64,000 nucleotides of DNA from assembly GCA_025558095.1 (NCBI GenBank), contig JAIVFI010000011.1, positions 62,001-126,000 of the forward strand, given 5' to 3'. Origin of the DNA: Hyaloraphidium curvatum SAG 235-1 (taxonomy: Eukaryota; Fungi; Monoblepharomycota). A program made the translations under genes and the position numbers. Shown in pieces: positions 54,050 to 64,000 of the stretch; the first letter of the stretch is position 1; each line of letters starts with the position of its first letter. The notes below the pieces were generated by a model. It ran no database searches and had not been told where the DNA came from. It saw only the letters and a list, made by a program, of their open reading frames with translations.

Positions 54050-56363
54050 ATGCCGTCCCACCTCGCTCGCCTTGCCGCCGCGCTGCTCCTCGCCCTCTGC
54101 CTCGCGGCGCCGGCCATCGCGGCTCCCTCGCTCTTCTCCGATCTCCCGCCGGCGGACGAGCGGCCGGCGGTGCCCGATGCGTTCGCCAAGCGGGCCCGCC
54201 GGGTCGCCGCCGACGCTTCGCTCCTCGCTGCCGGCGGCCCGGCGCGCATCGCGCTGCCCTTCTTCGCCGACGCCAACTTCACCGCAGTGTTCACCCGTAC
54301 CAGCAAAGGGGATGCCTCAGAAACGTGGTTCGGGACGCTGGACGGCACCGACCCGGGGTACGTCGCCATCACGCACTCGGGCGGCAGCATGATCGGCACC
54401 GTCGTCGCGGGCGGCTCTACCTACGACGTGATGCCCAGTGAGCAAGGAGTGCACACGCTCAGGGAGGTCAACACGGGGGCCAAGCCCCGCTGCGGCAACG
54501 CGGGCGGCATGCCACCTCGTCTTGCCCCGTCCGTCGCCGTCGGCCAGCTTGCCGACGAGCCCATCGCCGGCAGCCCCGCCGACAACCCGCTGGCCAACGT
54601 TACGGGCCCGCGGCTTGCCCGCAGGCAGGCGCAGCCCGGCGCCGATGGCATCTACACCGTGGACCTCCTCGCCCTCTGGACCCCCGCGGCCGCCGCGAAA
54701 TGGGCCCCCACCAGCCCGCAGCTGGTCATCGAACACGACGTGCAGCTCACCACGGACTCGTACCGAAACAGCGGGGTGTCGATGCGCATGCGGCTCGTCC
54801 ACGCCGCGCAGGTCGCCTACACCGAGCGCGGCACCCTCAAGGAGACCTTCAGCAACGCGCTCGACGACCTGGGTGGGGTTAATGATGGGTACATGGACAA
54901 CATACATGCCCTGCGCAACCAGTACGGGGCCGATCTCGTCGCTCTCTACATCGATAACTATGTGCGAGCACTTCGTGACCGCATCCCGGGCGTCACTTAC
55001 GCTTTCCCTCCAGGAGTACTGCGGGCTGGGATATCAGATCACGGTGCCGGGAGGCAGCTCTAACCCGGACTTTGGGTTCTCGGTCACGAGCGCGAGCTGC
55101 ATTGCCGACTGGACCTTGGCGCACGGTGGCTGCCTGCATGCAGGAGGCCGGCATGGCTTTAGCGGCAGCAGCTTACGCGCCGTCCCTCTTGCTGCAGAGA
55201 CGGGGCACAATTCCGGCTGTGCGCACGACCGCGAGACCGAGGGCGCAACCGGCAAGGCGGGGGCGTACACTTATTCGTACGGGTACCTCCACCGGGAGGG
55301 TGCCAACAGCTTCCGCACCATCATGAGCTACGAGTGCAAGGACGTCGAGTGTCCAACGGTGGGCTACTTTTCCAACCCCAACGTGGCGTACAACGGCCGC
55401 CCGACGGGCGTCGCCAACTCGGAGGACAATGCGCGCACGCTCAACAATATGGCCGCCGAGGTCGCCGGGTTCCGCGCCACCAGCGTGCCCCCTCCTCCAC
55501 CACCTCCTCCAGGCCCGCCGCCGCCGCCGCCTCCCCCGACCCTGGCGACGTACACCTCGTGCGGCGCGGGCCGGACATGCTGCGGCACACCCCTGCAGGT
55601 CCTGACCACGACCGTCGCCAACTGCGAGGCCACCTGCAACGACCCCAACAGCCCGTGCTACGTCATCAACTACGACCCCTCGACCTCCACTTGCCGCCTC
55701 TTCGCCTCCAATTGCGGCGGCGGCCGTTGGACCGCGTCGGCCAACACCCTCTTCGGGGCCGCCGGGGCCGCCAACTGCCCGGCCCTGCAAGGCTGCACCC
55801 CGCCCCCGCCCAGCCTCCCGACTTACGCCGTCTGCGGCGTCGGGCGGACGTGCTGCGGCACCCCGCTCCGCACGCGCACCCTCGCCAACGCCGCCGCATG
55901 CGAGGCCGGCTGCGAGGCCAACCAGGCGTGCTACATGGTCAACTGGAACCCGTCCACGCGGGTGTGCAGGGAGTACGGCCCGTGCGCGCGGTGGACGGCC
56001 GCGGCGGGGACGGTGCTGGGGCACTACGACAGCGCGACGGGGTGCCCGGCAACGCAGGGGTGCCCCGTCGGGACGAGGGTGGTCGTTGCAGCTGCGAGCG
56101 CCAGGCGGCTGGCGAGGGTCACACTCCGTGCCACGGTGACGAGGGCGGACAACAGGCGGCCGGTGGGGAACGTGCAGGTCACGTTCAGGATCAACGGCGC
56201 CGTGGTGGGGAGGGCGAGGACCAATGCGCAGGGGGTGGCGACGCTGGCGTACACGGTGCCGAGGACGCTGAGGCTGGGGAGGTCGACGATCGCGGCGCGC
56301 TTCGACGGGGGCGGGTCGTTCACCGCGGGCAGCGGGACCGCGGTGCTCACGGTCAGATCGTGA
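54050..56363 (+). CDS. Secreted reprolysin-like (M12B-like) metalloprotease with polyPro, two PAN-like Cys domains and an Ig-like domain
   Basis: Signal peptide, prodomain with CG switch, LRNQYGADLV and YCGLGY. The zinc motif LAH|ETGHNSGCAHD is split by intron 55126-55197. Met-turn FRTIMSY, then FSNP. Confidence 0.88.
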
Positions 56364-56597
56364 CCTTTGTCCATTCATAGTGCAACGTATGAACTTGCGT
56401 TTGTTGGCACTGGCTCAAAGCGTTTCTTTGTTGGACACGTTTCTTTGTTGGACAGTGATTCGATTGCGGGTTTCGATTGCGGCTCTGGTCCGTCAACAAG
56501 TGAAGCGCGTCACCGGCTGTTCAAGAGAACGCCACGTGGCCCGAACATCGAGGGCCTGCGACCGCGGCTTGGGAACTTGGAAACGCCCGACGCACCA

Positions 56598-57515
56598 ATG
56601 GAAGAGAACTACACGGTCGCCCTCACCGTCGTCACCCCCTCCGCCGTCGAGCGGCCACAGATCTTTGAGCGGGACTTTCGTCTCTCTGCCGATGCCGTCC
56701 GGCTCGCGCTTGCCGCCAAGTCGGTGCTCCCGCACCTGCCCGAGGTCGGCGCGTGGAAGGCCAAGGCCGTGGATTCGCGCCCCTGGCCGTGCTACATGTG
56801 TTCGGAGCCGGCCACGGCTGTCGCGTCGGCGCCCCAGTTGATCCCGATGCCGGAGGACGGCTTGGCGAAGGCCCTGGGCGTGCTCTGCGTGCCTCACTGC
56901 ACCAAAGGGCAGTGCGTCAGCAACGTCGGGAAGCTTCTCGCAATGGACACCACCGTGCCAAGCGACGTCGTGTGCGGCATCGACGTCCCCGTCGCGATCT
57001 CTCTCTGGTCATACTCGGGCGTTGAGAAGGTGCTGCGGGAGCCGTTCAACATCCCGGTCTCGCAGATCAAGACCCGGCCCAAGAAGGCCACTGCGGTTCT
57101 GGGCATCCTGCACGGGCTGTGGCGTCTGCGGTCGGACGCCTTAGGTCGGGTACGGGACTGGCACTGCATCGGATGCGGCCGCGTCTCCGGGGCATACCAC
57201 ATGTCCGTCGCCAAAGGCGCGCGGGGCGCCCCCGAAAAGTGGCTCGCGGACGTTTTTCCGCACTGCGATGATTCCGATTGCCGGGCTCGCGCGGCCGCTA
57301 AGGCCTTGAAGCACGCGGGGGGCGACCCCGTGGGCACCGCCGAGGGCAGCTTCTGCTGCGCCGACTGCGACGCCATCACCACCGACAAGGGCCGCGGGAT
57401 GCAGCGCTGCGGGCGGTGCAAGGCGGTGCGGTACTGCTCGCAGGAGTGCCAGAGGAAGGACTGGCCCCGGCACAAGGCCGTGTGCGTTCCGCGGGAGGCC
57501 AAGGGGGGCGAGTGA
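56598..57515 (+). CDS. MYND zinc-finger protein with two upstream Cys-motif repeats
   Basis: C-terminal CADC.........MQRCGRCKAVRYCSQECQRKDWPRHKAVC. Internal repeats W.C..C...P.C....C occur twice. Confidence 0.85.
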   Translation: MEENYTVALTVVTPSAVERPQIFERDFRLSADAVRLALAAKSVLPHLPEVGAWKAKAVDSRPWPCYMCSEPATAVASAPQLIPMPEDGLAKALGVLCVPHCTKGQCVSNVGKLLAMDTTVPSDVVCGIDVPVAISLWSYSGVEKVLREPFNIPVSQIKTRPKKATAVLGILHGLWRLRSDALGRVRDWHCIGCGRVSGAYHMSVAKGARGAPEKWLADVFPHCDDSDCRARAAAKALKHAGGDPVGTAEGSFCCADCDAITTDKGRGMQRCGRCKAVRYCSQECQRKDWPRHKAVCVPREAKGGE

Positions 57516-57883
57516 TTTTGTCCTTCGAGCGCTCGGGAAAGAAAGAGCGGAGGCTCGATTGAACGGTGTGCATGATGTATCTTCAACGAGTGCAATTGCA
57601 GGCATGGAGAGGGCCGCTTTGCGCGTTGTCCCGGCCGGCTTACTTGGCGGGGCCCAGAATCCGACTCGTGCGCCCGTGTTCCGCCGGGGCGGGGCCAGGT
57701 AGCGAGCTCTGTGCCTCATATATCCTTGGGACGCGAAATTTCGGCCCGCGGCCGGGGGAAGTTGGTCCGAGGATCCGGATGGGGATCCCTATAGCGCCAT
57801 CCCCAGTGGCAAGGGTCGCCAGGCATCGACGTGACTCGTCTTCCCCCGGACCCCTATCCCTGCCTGCCGCCCCGAATCCGAGG

Positions 57884-60378
57884 ATGGCCACTCTATCCGT
57901 CCGTTCCCCCCTCCTCTGGGACGCGCAGCCGATGCCCGGCCCGCCCGGGCCGTGGCCGTCCTCGGCGCCGCAGCTCGGCGTCCCGGGGAAGTGGGCGCCG
58001 CCCGTGGCCAACGCCAAGGAAGCAGCGGCACCGCGGACGCCCGCGGCGCCGCGGGAGTGGGTTCGCCGGAAGATGGCGTGCGAGCGGTGGGTTGCAAACA
58101 CCCACGGCTTCGCTTCGTCAGCTGAGGGATCGCCCCCCCGCGTACTAGGTGCCGGGGCCGCAAGAAAAAGTGCAACCTCGCCGAGCCCAAGTGCAAGTCG
58201 TGCGAGCGAACGGGAAACGTGTGCACGTACAACGAGCGGCCGCAGCGGAAGGCGAAGAGAGTCGAGGTGAAGCCCCAGGAGAGGGGCAAGGAAGCCTCCA
58301 GGAACGCCGGCAACGCCGGGACGGCGGTGAACGGGGCGACCGGCGGAGCCGATGGGCGAGCTCTACAGAAGCCGGCCGGCAACACCGCAGCGCCGAGGTT
58401 GAAGGCACTCTACGCCGTTTCGGATGCCGGAGCCGCGCGGGGCGACGCGAAAGCCGCGATCCCCAGCCCTTTGCTCGTCCCGGACGTGGAGCGGCCTCCT
58501 ACTGCGTCCGGCAGCAGCGTTTCAGAATCGTGGCAGGCCGACTTTCCGTTCGAGCTGATGTACCCAGCCGCCGCCGAGGCCGTCCCCGGCGCATCCGGCG
58601 GGCTGATCGCCGCCCCGATCCCGCGGACCCCGGCGCTGCTCCCCGCCCTGCCCGCCGACTCGGACGTCGTGTTCGCCGTCATCGACAGGTTCTTTCTGTG
58701 GTCGGACGAGCTGCTCCCGACCATCCACCGCGGGCGGTTCTACGAGAACTGGCCGCCCTCGCCTCTGCTCCTCTCCACGATCCTGCTCGTGACCCCGCTG
58801 TTCGACCCCGCATCGCAGGAGCTCGTGGCATCGACGTGCTCGAGGCGCAGCTGGAACCAGGGCCTCTTCTCCCGGGTCAAGGCGTCGCTCCCCGCCGCGC
58901 TGGACCTTTGGGCGTCGGCGAGCGACCCTGCGATGGACATCGCGGCGACCTTCCTGCTGGGCGTCTGGTCCGGCTTTTCCGGGCTCGGCCAGCTCCTGCA
59001 GGGTTTCTACGGCCTGACGCGGCACCTCATCCACCGCGCGGGCTGGGAAACCTCCCCCGCCTCGCCCGCCCCCACGTTCCGGCAGCTCGCCGCGCGGCGC
59101 TTCGGCCCGCAGATACTCACCGCACCTCTGACGCCCCCCGAGGTCGCCTTCCTTCGCAACATGTGGATCGACCTGTGCCAGCAGCACCGCATCATGAGCA
59201 TCGTCTCGGTAGCGGAGCAGACGCGCAGGGACTGGGCGCGCGCGCTGGACAGCCCGCCCGGGACCGGCGATTTCGACGCCGCTTACCGCCCCGCCCCGCC
59301 GGGGATCGCGGAGTGGGAGGCCAGCTTCGATCCGTCCTTCGATCCGAGAAGGCTGCCCGAGACGCCGCTGATCTCGGACGCGATCGGGTGGATCGACCGC
59401 CCTGCCGGCCACCCCGACCGGGAGCGGGCGCTGGAGAACTTGGCTTACTACCTGACTTCGGTGCGCGGGACGGTGCCGTGGCTCGCGGGCAAGTTCCGCG
59501 CGCTGGTGGACGGGTTCCTGTGGGCCTGCCGCGCGGCGGGGCTGCATTCCCCCGCGCAGCTCCCGCCCGCCGCGCCGGAACCCCCCGCGTGGCTTTCCAG
59601 GCCCTCGCTGCAGCGCCTGCTCGCGATGCGGGAGCACGCCGACGCCGCGCTGCTGGCCTTCCGCCGCGCGCTCCCCGCCGCGATCGGCCGCGCCTGGGCG
59701 TCGGGCTCCGCGGCCGAAGCCGTGCTCGCGTTCCTCGGCCCCGGCGCCAGCGAGCACCACTTCCAGTACGCATTCAACGTCGCCGCCCACCTCCCCGGGA
59801 TCTTCCTCCTCCGCGCCGAGCTGTACACGTCGATCGGGACCTGCCTCTCCCGCGGGCCGAGCACCTCCACGGAGCTGGCGCCGGGGTCGCTGGAGGTGCT
59901 CGCGGACGAGTTTGCGGTGCCCGCGGAGCCGTTTGCTTCCCTGCTCGAGGACGCCATCCTGTGCACGAGGTTCCACGCGGGGCACCTCGGCATCGAGCCC
60001 CGGCTCGCCAGGGCGGCGGGGACGGGAACGCCGACCGTGCTCCGCTGCGCGATCCTGCACACGGCGTTCTGCCAGCGGTTCCGCGCCGCGGGGGTCGCGC
60101 CGGGGGTGCTCGAGCAGGTCGCTGGCGACGCGCGGGACGCGCTGCGCGTTTTGGAGGCGTTCGCTGGCAGGCACGGCGGGTTCATGGGCTCCGCCTACGC
60201 GCTGGCGAAAAAGCTCTGGGAAGATGGCATTCCGAGCGAGTTTGAGGTGGAGGCGGTGCGGCTGGGGGTGGACCTGGAGCCTGGGGAGGAGGACGGGGGC
60301 GGGGCGCTGCGCGCCGATCCGGCGCTGGCCAAGCTGCTGGATGCGTACGCAGGACGGAAGGGAGGCATTTCCGCATAA
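57884..60378 (+). CDS. Zn(II)2Cys6 fungal transcription factor
   Basis: Intron 58087-58148 gives ACERCRGRKKKCNLAEPKCKSCERTGNVC. Downstream IDRFF......PTIHR..F matches the start of the fungal TF middle-homology region. Confidence 0.9.
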
Positions 60379-60509
60379 TGCGTCGAGTAGTATGATACCT
60401 GAATTGTGGTGCGTGCGTCATTTGGGCCGAGTGATTCTGCTTCGAAAGCGGGACGGCGGATGACTCGACCACCCCAACTCAACACAACTCAACTCCCCTA
60501 ACACCGGAA

Positions 60510-61685
60510 ATGCTCGCCAAGGAGGACCTCGTCCGCGCCGTCAAGACCCGCTGTGAGTGCCGCCGGCGCCCCCGGTGTCCCGCCTGACGCGGACGACGCC
60601 CGCAGACGCCGAGGCCGCGCTCGCGGCGCCGGGCTTTGCCACGCAGACGGTCGCGCAGGCGATGGGCTACTCGGCCGCGGAGCTCGCGTCGATCCCCGCC
60701 GAGGCGAACCTCGGCCTGTCGTGCGGCAACAGCGTGCAGCTCGCCGCGCCCAAGCCCGGCGAGACCGTGCTCGACCTCGGCGCCGGCGGCGGCCTCGATG
60801 CGTTCCTGTGCTCGCGGCTGGTCGGCGACGCGGGGATGGTCATCGGCGTCGACATGACGGAGGAAATGGTGGCGCTGGCAAACAGGAACAAGGAGAAGGT
60901 GGGCGTCCCCCACTCCACTCCTAATGGCTCAACTCACCCGACCCAACGGACTTTAGAAAGGATACAAGAACGTCACCTTCGTCCTCTCCACCATCGAGAA
61001 CATGGTCGACTCGGGCGCCGTCCCCGCCGCCTGCGCCGACACGGCTATATCCAACTGCGTCCTCAATTTGTGCCCCGACAAGCCCGCGGCCTTCCGCGCC
61101 GTGTTCGCAGCCCTGAAGCCCGGCGGCCGCCTCGCTGCGTCCGACATCGCGCTCAAGAAGCCGCTCCCCGCGAGCATCGCCGCCGAGGTGGTCGCGTACA
61201 CGGGGTGCATCGCCGGGGCGCTGCTGGTCGCCGAGTACAGGCGGCTCCTGGAGGAGGCCGGGTTCGTGGACGTGCAGATCTTCGACGCGGGGAGCGATCT
61301 CAACGTCTACAAGGAGCTCGGGGCGAGCTGCTGCGGGCCAGCGGAGGGGCCCGCGGTCGAGGCCGCCGCCGCCAAGGCAAGCTGCTGCGGGCCGGCGCCC
61401 GCCAAGGCCTCCAAGGGAGGATGCTGCGGCCCGGCTCCCGCGCAGGCCGCCGCCGACGACGGATGCTGCGGATCCGCCGCTTCCGGCTGCGGCTCGTGCG
61501 ATGCCCCCGCACCCAAGGCCAGCAGCGGCGGGTGCTGCGCGCCCACGACCGCCTCCGCATCGGGCTGCTGCGGCCCGACCTCGGCGGACCGCGCATTCGC
61601 GTCGGTGCTCGCGGACGTCGACCTCAACCAGTGGGCTGCGAGCGTCAAGGTGCTGGCCGTCAAGCCGCTGGGTAGCAAGGAGTAG
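60510..61685 (+). CDS. arsM: Arsenite S-adenosylmethionine methyltransferase with poly-CC insert
   Basis: [57 protein letters not shown] and ASVKV.AVKP. Introns at about 60554-60605 and 60899-60956. Confidence 0.93.
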
Positions 61686-62063
61686 CGTGCGATGCATCCC
61701 AGCAGTTGCTTTCGAAGCTTCCGATTCGTGCTCCCCGCGCGCGAGTCCCACTTGCTTGTAGAGACCCCGGATGATATACACCTTGCCGGGCAGTATCAGC
61801 CATGGGCCCGCCTTCGGCGATACATGTCAGGAGTGGCCCTGGCTAACGTCATATAAATACTGTAAACTATTTTGGTCCCAAACTGCAAGTGCCCGGGCCA
61901 TCCCTGAAGCAGCAACTCGCAGCCGAAACTGCTCCACATCCACTTGTGCAGCTACAGGAGGCCGTTATCTGTTGACACGCAGCGCAACTCGAAGATCCAC
62001 AGTTAAAGCAGTCATTGCATAGAGTAGGTGTGCACACCGTTGGCGTCTGCGTGGCCGGGCCGA

Positions 62064-62784
62064 TCAGCCCTCACTCCGCCCGCTTTTTTGCCGGAGTGGG
62101 ACACCCACCGTCGTGTAGCCCACCCTCCCGGTGGCCGTGAACGTATACGCTGTCGGATCCACCGGCAGGTCCCCCGCGGCGTTGGTCACCAACACGGTGA
62201 ACGTGGCCGTGGGCTCCGCGGAACCGGTTGCGGTCGCCGAGTAGGTGCAGTAGGCGATGAGGGTCGTTGTCAACCCTGCCGGCACGGCCCCGGACGGGGT
62301 GGGCGTGGCAAGCCTCCAGAACGCCGGCGGAGCCGCGCGCCGAAGCAGCTGCGCCTGGCCCGAGCCAGCGACCTGGGTAATGGTCATTGGGGCGTTGCCG
62401 GCGTTGGAGATCGTCAGCGTGGTAGTAGCAGCCTTGTCCGTTGTGGAAATTGAGATGCCGCCGCCGTTCTTGACGTCCAGCATGGTCAGCGTGGCCTGGC
62501 CGGGCGGCGCAGCGTAGCGGCGGTACAGGCGGGGCAAATCGGCGTAGCGGACGCAGGCCACGTGGTCCTCGGGTGTGCCAGGGTAGGAGAACTCGCTTCG
62601 GAAGAGTCACGAGTCAGTGGGACGCGCGGGGCGGGGGGGGGGCAGCGGCACACCAGAACTCGGCCTTCCCGCACTCCCCGCAAGAGCGCTTGAAAACGGG
62701 ACCGGGCGCCGCGGCCGTGCCGACAGAGATGAGGAGGGCGGCAAACATGGTGAGCAGCAGCAGCATGCGTGGCGGACGCGGCAT
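62064..62784 (-). CDS. Secreted protein with small Cys knot and Ig-like (PapD/ASH-like) beta domain
   Basis: Signal MPRPPRMLLLLTMFAALLISVG, KR site, CGECG..FW|C....C across an intron (about 62598-62653), then TTTLTISNAGNAPMTITQV. Confidence 0.62.
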
Positions 62785-63265
62785 GTTGTCGTTCGTTCGG
62801 TGGGAGAGGTGTTGCGTTCGTTTGAGAAACGGCGTGACTCAAGTTGTGCTGCTCTGTCCCTCATTCGGCCAAATGCGCGAGTGCACAACGAAAAATGCAT
62901 GCACCCGGACCCGCGAGAGTAGGAGAGAGAAGCACGGTGGGGCAGGTCCGCCCCGTCGCGTTTCTCGGCCGGTGGCGTGCAAGTTCCCCGGGCGGTATGA
63001 CGCAGTTTGCGGAGTTCGCCTTGTCCAGATTGGCGGAGTTTTCGCAACCGTCATGGTGCGGGAATACCCGTCATTGTGCGGGATCCCCGTCACCGGCGGA
63101 TTGCCCGCGGATGCGTCAAGATTGGTCGCCAGCACCGCGAAGGTCCCCAAATCTATTCAACGCGCAGAAAGGCGGGAGCGCCTTGGCTACTCCGGGAGGC
63201 GGCCCAATGTCATCACGACCACCTTTGCACGTCCGAATACATGGGGAGCCGATGATACCCTTGCC

Positions 63266-64000
63266 CTAGGCGGCCTTCCTCGAGGTAGTCCTCCTCCTCT
63301 TCGTGGTCGTCTTCCTCCTCGCCGAGCTCCTCCGCATGCTCGTCCTGCGCCGCGTCGTCGTCCTGCGCCGCGTCGTCGTCCTCCTCCGCGCCGTCGTCCT
63401 CCTCCCGACCGTGGTCCGCCGGAAACCCCGGGCGGTCGTGCGGTGCGCGGCAGGCGCGGTCACTGGCGGCGGATCGCCGCGGGGGGTACGGCTCGCGGTC
63501 GCCGGGGCGAAGGGAGAGGTGGGTGGGGTGCTGCTCTCGGTCGCTGAGCTCGTGGTGCTTGTGCTCGGGGTGTGCGAAGAGCTGGCGATCATGGAGCTGC
63601 TGGTGTGCGTCACCGAGGCCGTCGCCGTCCAGGTTCGACTGTCGCTCGTGGGGGGGGTCTGCGCCGCCAGGATGCTCGACGGTGCCGGAGATGCGATCGA
63701 AGAAGGCGGCGAAGCGGCCGGGGTCGCCGATGTCGTAGCCGTCAGAGAATAAGTGCTTGGCGTCCGCGAGGCCGTGGCCGTCTGCAACGTGCTGGACAGC
63801 GTGGTGCTGGTCGCCGTCTCTGAGGAGCTAGAGAGCATGGACGTTGACGGCGCGAAGGACTCGCTCGTGGTCGACGATGTGAGGCTCTCGCTTGTGGTCG
63901 CGGATGTGAGCGTTCCGCTCGTAGTCGAGGATGTCGAACTCGAGCTAGTCTGCGTCTGCGACGTGCTGGACAGGGCGGAGGAGCTATTCGTTGTCCGAGA
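63266..64000 (-). CDS. 3' end of a Ser/Thr-rich mucin-like protein with Arg/Thr-rich tail (5' part outside window)
   Basis: Frame open to the window edge; S/T-rich stalk, then RRTTARRRTTTRRRTTTRRRTS...KAA-stop. Confidence 0.75.
   Translation of the reverse strand, partial: SRTTNSSSALSSTSQTQTSSSSTSSTTSGTLTSATTSESLTSSTTSESFAPSTSMLSSSSETATSTTLSSTLQTATASRTPSTYSLTATTSATPAASPPSSIASPAPSSILAAQTPPTSDSRTWTATASVTHTSSSMIASSSHTPSTSTTSSATESSTPPTSPFAPATASRTPRGDPPPVTAPAAHRTTARGFRRTTVGRRTTARRRTTTRRRTTTRRRTSMRRSSARRKTTTKRRRTTSRKAA

Noticed and set aside
60510-61800. Selenocysteine in ArsM (some early-diverging fungi use Sec)
   Set aside because: The apparent TGA at about 60555 lies in the gtgagt intron donor. 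The spliced CDS has no in-frame TGA and I found no SECIS.

Overview
Eukaryotic, very GC-rich, gene-dense DNA with short (about 50-90 nt) GT-AG introns carrying CTGAC/CTAAC-type branch points. A Zn2Cys6 transcription factor plus YTP1-like and LYC1-like genes point to a fungus. The composition and gene set suggest an early-diverging lineage such as Monoblepharidomycota/Hyaloraphidium; this is inference only. About 35 protein genes or pseudogenes can be reconstructed by hand, and most ORFs in the track are GC-rich shadow frames. Main highlights: (1) two paralogous 7-TM proteins (38938-40510, 43826-45375) whose loop pattern and TM6-TM7 region fit the inverted-topology insect gustatory/odorant receptor (7TMIC/GRL) architecture rather than GPCRs; (2) a secreted SUEL-lectin protein with a long helical, possibly pore-forming, toxin-like body; (3) two different metzincin proteases (M11 gametolysin-like and reprolysin-like) sharing a polyPro-PAN-Ig C-terminal cassette, the intronless one flanked by 37-bp direct repeats; (4) several bacterial or phage-like genes (ASST, TPP enzyme, DUF4262 fusion, phage-type protein); (5) an arsenite methyltransferase with a six-CC metallothionein-like insert; (6) a rearranged zone at 4.5-7.3 kb with three exact tandem duplications, one frameshifting a PTPDC1-like gene, and a chimeric SDR pseudogene. 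No rRNA, tRNA or CRISPR array was recognised. Family calls rest on motif recognition by eye, not database searches.
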